Source: Meiothermus sp.
Lineage (GTDB): Bacteria > Deinococcota > Deinococci > Deinococcales > Thermaceae
Assembly (NCBI GenBank): GCA_033762915.1
Contig: JANRLD010000002.1
Location: 1 to 64,000 of the forward strand
Length of the DNA stretch: 64,000 nt
Direction of reading: 5' to 3'
Under the pieces are notes generated by a model that was not told where the DNA came from, made no database searches, and saw only the letters and a program-made list of their open reading frames with translations. A program made the position numbers and the translations under genes. Position 1 is the stretch's first letter. Every line of letters begins with the position of its first letter. This document shows positions 59,467-64,000 of this stretch, one piece after another.

Positions 59467-59850
59467 ATGGCCATCGAACTTGTCCGGCCCGAAAAAGTCT
59501 CGCCCCCCAGGGGCCACTACTCCCACGCCGTGAAGCACGGCGGACTGGTCTACGTCTCCGGCCAGCTGCCCATCCTGCCCAACGGCGACTTCGGCAACGA
59601 GCTGCCCTTTGCCCAGCAGGCCGAGCTGGTGCTGGCCAACCTCGAGCACATCCTCGAGGCCGCCGACAGCTCCTTGTCTCGAGTCCTAAAGGTCACCGTC
59701 TACATCACCGACATCGACCTGTGGGGCGAGTTCAACCAGATCTACGCCCGCCACTTCGGCGACCACCGGCCCGCCCGGGCGGTCGTCCCGGTGCCGGTGT
59801 TGCACCACGGCTTCAAGCTCGAGCTCGAGGCCATCGCGGCGGAGCGTTAG
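59467..59850 (+). CDS. RidA family enamine/imine deaminase
   Basis: GHYSHA, VSGQLP, PARA, ELEAIA; AAGGAG RBS. Confidence 0.9.
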   Translation: MAIELVRPEKVSPPRGHYSHAVKHGGLVYVSGQLPILPNGDFGNELPFAQQAELVLANLEHILEAADSSLSRVLKVTVYITDIDLWGEFNQIYARHFGDHRPARAVVPVPVLHHGFKLELEAIAAER

Positions 59851-59865
59851 GCTCCAGGGCGCAGC

Positions 59866-60528
59866 TCACCGGCCGCTTAGCCAGTCCCCGAGGCTGGCCC
59901 GGATGCGCTCGAAGTGGCGCAACAGCACCTCGGCCGCCCTCTCGCCGTCGCGGGCCTTGAGCGCGGCCAAAATTTCCACATGCTCGGCGTGCCCGCGCTC
60001 GAGCTGGGCAATGCTGCGGGCGCTGTTTTCCAGCGCGAGGCGCGACTGGTCTTTGAGCAGGCCGATGTGCCGCTCCATCACCGGGTTGTGGCTCAGGCTG
60101 CCCAGCAGCTTGTGGAAGTGCAGGTCGGTCTGCTGGTAGCCCTCGAGGTCGTTGCGCTTGACCTGGAGGGCCTGCTCCTCAAGAAGCTTGCGCAGGGCCT
60201 CCAGGTCGTCTCGGGTAGCCCTGCCGGCCCCCAGCCGCACCGACGCCACCTCGAGGGCCTCCCGCACCTCGAAGATGTGCGCCACATCTTGTAGGCCGAA
60301 CTCGGCCACCAGCACCCCGCGCCGAGGCAGCTCGACCGCCAGCCCCTCGGCCACCAGTTGCAGGATGGCCTCGCGCACCGGGCTGCGCGAGACGCCGAGC
60401 TGCCTCGAGAGCTCCGGTACGCTGAGCTTCTGGCCGGGGGCCAGCCTGCCCTCCAGGATGGCGTCGCGCAGTGCGCCCCGCACCGTGTCCACTACGCGGG
60501 TCTGATTCTGAATCAAGTTCAGCTCCAT
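59866..60528 (-). CDS. GntR/FCD family regulator
   Basis: LGVSRSPVREA HTH; REALE, D..FH, EH..I..A. Confidence 0.92.
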   Translation of the reverse strand: MELNLIQNQTRVVDTVRGALRDAILEGRLAPGQKLSVPELSRQLGVSRSPVREAILQLVAEGLAVELPRRGVLVAEFGLQDVAHIFEVREALEVASVRLGAGRATRDDLEALRKLLEEQALQVKRNDLEGYQQTDLHFHKLLGSLSHNPVMERHIGLLKDQSRLALENSARSIAQLERGHAEHVEILAALKARDGERAAEVLLRHFERIRASLGDWLSGR

Positions 60529-60565
60529 GCTCGAGTAAAACCTATCCAATCCTCTCGAGGGGCAA

Positions 60566-60618
60566 TTGTGGTATACGACCCTATTACATTTTACATGTAG
60601 AACCGTATACTCCCACAA
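60566..60618. promoter_or_regulatory. Candidate GntR operator pair in the divergent promoter region
   Basis: TTGTGGTATACG … CGTATACTCCCACAA imperfect inverted repeat containing TATACT. Confidence 0.45.
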
Positions 60619-60683
60619 GTCTGTCTCAAACCAAACCTCAGGTCTTTATGGGAGCGCAGGCTTAACGTTGTCTGGAGGAACGA

Positions 60684-61682
60684 ATGAAGAGAGTTTTGGC
60701 AGCAGTTCTAGCACTGGGCGCTCTGGCAGGCACTGCCGTGGCCCAAAAGCCCAACATCGTGATTGGTACCGGCAGCACCGGCGGGGTCTTCTTCTTCTAC
60801 GGGCAGAGCCTGGCCGACATCCTCAACCGTGCGGGCGTGGCCAACGCCCAGGCCACCCAGACCGGCGGCTCCTACGACAACATCCTGCTGCTTCGTGACC
60901 GCACCGATGCGGGGAGCAATACCTTCTACTGCGCCCTCACCACCACCGACGCCGCGCTGGTCACCTACCAGGGCACCGAGCCGCGCTTCACCCAGCGCAA
61001 GGCCGATACCCAGCGGGTGATGTTCTACATGTACCCCAGCCTGATCCACGTGGTCACCACCAGCGCCACCGGCATCAACTCCTTCGACGACCTGAAGGGC
61101 AAGCGGGTCTCGACCGGCCAGCCCGGCTCCTCGACCGAGAACCTGGCGCTGCTCTTGCTTGAGGGCGCGGGCATCAAGCCCGATCAGTTTAGCCGCCGCG
61201 AGCGCCTGCCCGCCGCTGAGTCGGCCCGCGCGCTTTCCGAGGGCACCATCGACGCCTACTTCTGGGTGGGCGGGGTGCCCACCAGCAGTGTGGTCGAGGT
61301 GAGCCAGTCCTTGCAGCGCCGGGGCCAACGCCTGGTCTTCCTGGACGTGCCCCCCCAGGGCCCCATCACCAACTTCATGCGCCAGAAGTTCCCCGGCGTG
61401 GTGCAGCCCACCACCATCCCCGCCGCCACCTACGGTACCGCCGCCGCCGTGCTGGGCCTGAACACCGGCAACGTGCTGACCTGCCCCTCCTCGATGCCCG
61501 AGCCCCTGGCCTACGCCGTCACCAAGGCCGTCTTCGACAACATCAACACCCTTCGCACCGCCGTGGCCGCCGCCCGCGACACCACTCCCCAGGCCACGGC
61601 CCGCATCTACAGCCCCCGCGCCGCCGTGCCCTTCCACCCCGGAGCGGTGCGCTACTGGCGCGAGACCGGCGCGATTAAGTAA
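60684..61682 (+). CDS. TAXI-family TRAP transporter solute receptor
   Basis: IGTGSTGGVF, TGGS.DN, DLKGKRVS.G.PGS, PFHPGA.RY..E.G. Confidence 0.92.
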   Translation: MKRVLAAVLALGALAGTAVAQKPNIVIGTGSTGGVFFFYGQSLADILNRAGVANAQATQTGGSYDNILLLRDRTDAGSNTFYCALTTTDAALVTYQGTEPRFTQRKADTQRVMFYMYPSLIHVVTTSATGINSFDDLKGKRVSTGQPGSSTENLALLLLEGAGIKPDQFSRRERLPAAESARALSEGTIDAYFWVGGVPTSSVVEVSQSLQRRGQRLVFLDVPPQGPITNFMRQKFPGVVQPTTIPAATYGTAAAVLGLNTGNVLTCPSSMPEPLAYAVTKAVFDNINTLRTAVAAARDTTPQATARIYSPRAAVPFHPGAVRYWRETGAIK

Positions 61683-61701
61683 GACTCGAGTCCTAACTGA
61701 A

Positions 61702-61774
61702 GGCTGTTAGCAATTAGCAATTAGCTGTTAGCTTGTGGTTCTGGCTAACCGCTAACTGCTAGCAGCTAGCAGCC
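61702..61774. repeat. Inverted heptamer arrays forming a hairpin between the TAXI and permease genes
   Basis: TTAGC(AA/TG) x4 opposite GCTA(ACC/ACT/GCA) x4. Confidence 0.75.
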
Positions 61775-61794
61775 CTTTCCATAAAGGGGGCCGC

Positions 61795-64000
61795 ATGGAG
61801 TTAGCCCAAGAGAAACCACCGAACAACTGGCTCACCAAGATTACAAACTGGGTGCTGTTGATCGCGGGGCTGTACAGCGTCTATCAGGTGCTGCACCCCT
61901 ACACGATCTTCAGCAGCCGGGAAATCCTGATCTTCGACATCGTGCAGATCGAGCGGGCCGCGCACGTGTTCTTGCTGCTGTTCGCGGGCTACCTGGTGGC
62001 CTCGCAGCAGAAGGGCGTGCGAACGCTGGGGTCGTGGTTCTTCGTGGCCTTTACGCTGGTGCCGCTGTACGCGTTCTGGCAGATTAAGCAGCCGGGCCTC
62101 GAGATCAAGCTCCTGGTCACGGTGGTGTGGGCTTTCGCGATTCTTCCCGCGCTGCTGCCGCAGTACCGCCGCTACGCCGACATCGTGGCGGCGCTGTTCG
62201 CGATTGCGCCGTTTGTCTACCAACTCCTGTTCTACGAGCAACTGGTCTACCGCGCGGTGATCCCCGAGGTCTGGGACATCGCCATGTCCTTCAGCCTGAT
62301 CATGCTGGTGCTGGGGATGGTCTACCGCTTCATCGGCCCGATCATGCCCATGCTGGTGCTGGTCTTCCTGATCTACAACCTCTACGGGCGCTTCTTGCCG
62401 CAGGGCTCGGCCTTCTTCACCCCCGGCGTGGCCTTCGACCAGATGCTGGGCAAGATGTACAACGAGACCGAGGCGGGCATCTACGGCCTGATTACCGGGG
62501 TCTCGGCCAAGTACCTGGTCTACTTCACCATCCTTTCCGGCATGATCGGCGCCCTGGGTCTGGGCAAGATCGTGGCCAATGTGGCCCTGGCCATGGTGGG
62601 GCGCAGCCCGCAGACGCCCGGCCGGGTGACCGGGCTGGCCTCGGTCTTCATGGGCATGTTCAGCGGCTCCGGTGCGGCGGACACCCAGTTCGTCGCCACC
62701 ATCACCAAGCCCCTCTACGAGAAGGCCAACTACGACCGGATGATCGGGGCGGGGCTGGTCGCCACGGCCGGCACCATCGCGCTGATTACGCCCCCAGTGC
62801 TGGGCTCCATCGCCTTCTTGATGGTGGAGATCCTGCAGATCAGCTACCTCTCGGTGGTGATCATGGCCTTGGGGCCGTGCATCCTGTACCTGCTCTCGGT
62901 CTTCGCCTACAACGAGTTCTACACCCGCAAGGTCAAGCTCCCGGCGGTGGGGGCCGACGAGAAGGCACTGGCCAGGGGTTACGCGCTGCGCTACAGCACT
63001 ATCTTCCTGCCCATTGTGGTCATCATCGTGATGCTCTTCCGAGGGCTCGAGGTCTCCACCTCGGTCTACGTGGCGATGCTGACCTTTATTGCCATCACCT
63101 ACTTCGATCCCACCCTGCGCCCCAAGGCCATCCAGGACGTGATTAGCAGCCCGCACTACCGCTGGTCGCTGTGGCTGGGGCTGGCGGGGGTGCTGGGCAG
63201 CCTGGCCTACGGCTTCGCGCTGATGAACGGCGGGAAGAGCCTCGAGAGCGTGATCATCCCGGTCACCTCGCTGGTCTTCGCGGCCTTCTTCGGACTGGCC
63301 TTCCTGCTGCCCGGGCTGCTGACCGGCAAGGCCCAGGCGGGCATCGCGCCGCTCTTGGAGGGCCTGCGCGAGGGCTTCCGCTACCTGCTCCCCATCGGCA
63401 CCGCCATCACCGCCGCCAACCTGATCTTCGCCATGCTGGTGATCTCCGGCCTGCCGGGTAAGTTCACCCTGTTCCTCAGCCAGGTCTCGGGCGAGAGCCT
63501 GTTCCTAGCGACGCTGGTAACAGCCATTTTCAGCCTGATCCTGGGCATGGGCGTTCCCCCCACCGCCACCTACGTCCTCACCGCCTCGCTCACCGCGCCC
63601 GCCATCATCAAGCTGGCTTCGGTCAACTTCCAGACCTACGGCCTCGAGCCCGAGCAGGCCGTGCTGGCCGCCACGCTGGCCACCCACATGTTCCTCTTCT
63701 ACTACGCCGTGCTGGCCGACGTGACCCCGCCAGTGGCGCTCTCGGCCTATGCGGCGGCCTCGGTCTTTAACACCAACCCCATTCTGACCGGGGTGTATGC
63801 GGCGCGGGTGGCGTTGGCCAAGTATTTCCTGGGCTTCTTCTTCCTGCTGGCCTACACCGGAACCGGGGTCTTGATACTGCCCATTCTGCAGACCACGCCG
63901 GGCCTCGAGGGCTGGCTGATCATCCTCGAGCGCATCTTCTTCACCGCCGCCGCGATCATCTTCCTCTCGGCCGCCACCGTCGGCTACACCCGACGCCCGC
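61795..64000 (+). CDS. TRAP fused 4TM/12TM permease (runs off the window end)
   Basis: ATG 61795 after AAGGGGG; hydrophobic open frame with G.FSGSG, PPVLGS.AFLM, ILGMGVPPTATY, H.FLFYY…DVTPPVAL; absent from the ORF track because there is no stop in the window. Confidence 0.9.
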   Translation, partial: MELAQEKPPNNWLTKITNWVLLIAGLYSVYQVLHPYTIFSSREILIFDIVQIERAAHVFLLLFAGYLVASQQKGVRTLGSWFFVAFTLVPLYAFWQIKQPGLEIKLLVTVVWAFAILPALLPQYRRYADIVAALFAIAPFVYQLLFYEQLVYRAVIPEVWDIAMSFSLIMLVLGMVYRFIGPIMPMLVLVFLIYNLYGRFLPQGSAFFTPGVAFDQMLGKMYNETEAGIYGLITGVSAKYLVYFTILSGMIGALGLGKIVANVALAMVGRSPQTPGRVTGLASVFMGMFSGSGAADTQFVATITKPLYEKANYDRMIGAGLVATAGTIALITPPVLGSIAFLMVEILQISYLSVVIMALGPCILYLLSVFAYNEFYTRKVKLPAVGADEKALARGYALRYSTIFLPIVVIIVMLFRGLEVSTSVYVAMLTFIAITYFDPTLRPKAIQDVISSPHYRWSLWLGLAGVLGSLAYGFALMNGGKSLESVIIPVTSLVFAAFFGLAFLLPGLLTGKAQAGIAPLLEGLREGFRYLLPIGTAITAANLIFAMLVISGLPGKFTLFLSQVSGESLFLATLVTAIFSLILGMGVPPTATYVLTASLTAPAIIKLASVNFQTYGLEPEQAVLAATLATHMFLFYYAVLADVTPPVALSAYAAASVFNTNPILTGVYAARVALAKYFLGFFFLLAYTGTGVLILPILQTTPGLEGWLIILERIFFTAAAIIFLSAATVGYTRRP

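Overview
GC-rich bacterial chromosome segment. The gene set, the many leaderless -10/start layouts and the heavy CTCGAG usage point to Deinococcota, probably a Meiothermus/Calidithermus-like Thermaceae member (inference). Most of the window is housekeeping or metabolic: recG, lutABC (split), gcvT/H, pyrD, solA, radA-yacL, sucCD, a GH2/GH43 sugar ABC locus, a UbiD-family decarboxylase, dxs, metK, TetR-ABC export, and a DSD1/RidA/GntR/TAXI-TRAP locus. No rRNA, tRNA, CRISPR array or transposase was seen, but two families of ~100-bp MITE-like palindromic elements and several 7-mer micro-repeats are scattered through intergenic DNA. The stand-out feature is a block at ~6.3-10.1 kb lying between lutB and lutC. 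It encodes a cytoplasmic TPR + HD-GYP protein, a subtilisin-family lipoprotein with six tandem G(V/S/R)SLWAD heptapeptides just before its catalytic domain, and an unannotated 15-aa ORF (10004-10051, MKKNTTARGSSLWAD) with its own candidate promoter, RBS and terminator that ends in the same heptapeptide. The protease gene and the peptide gene share an upstream GTAAC-N13-GTTACGG palindrome. Together these look like a candidate peptide-signalling system (RRNPP-like receptor with cyclic-dinucleotide output) in which the signal is encoded both as a stand-alone micro-peptide and as a multi-copy cassette in a protease precursor. The function is inferred, not demonstrated.
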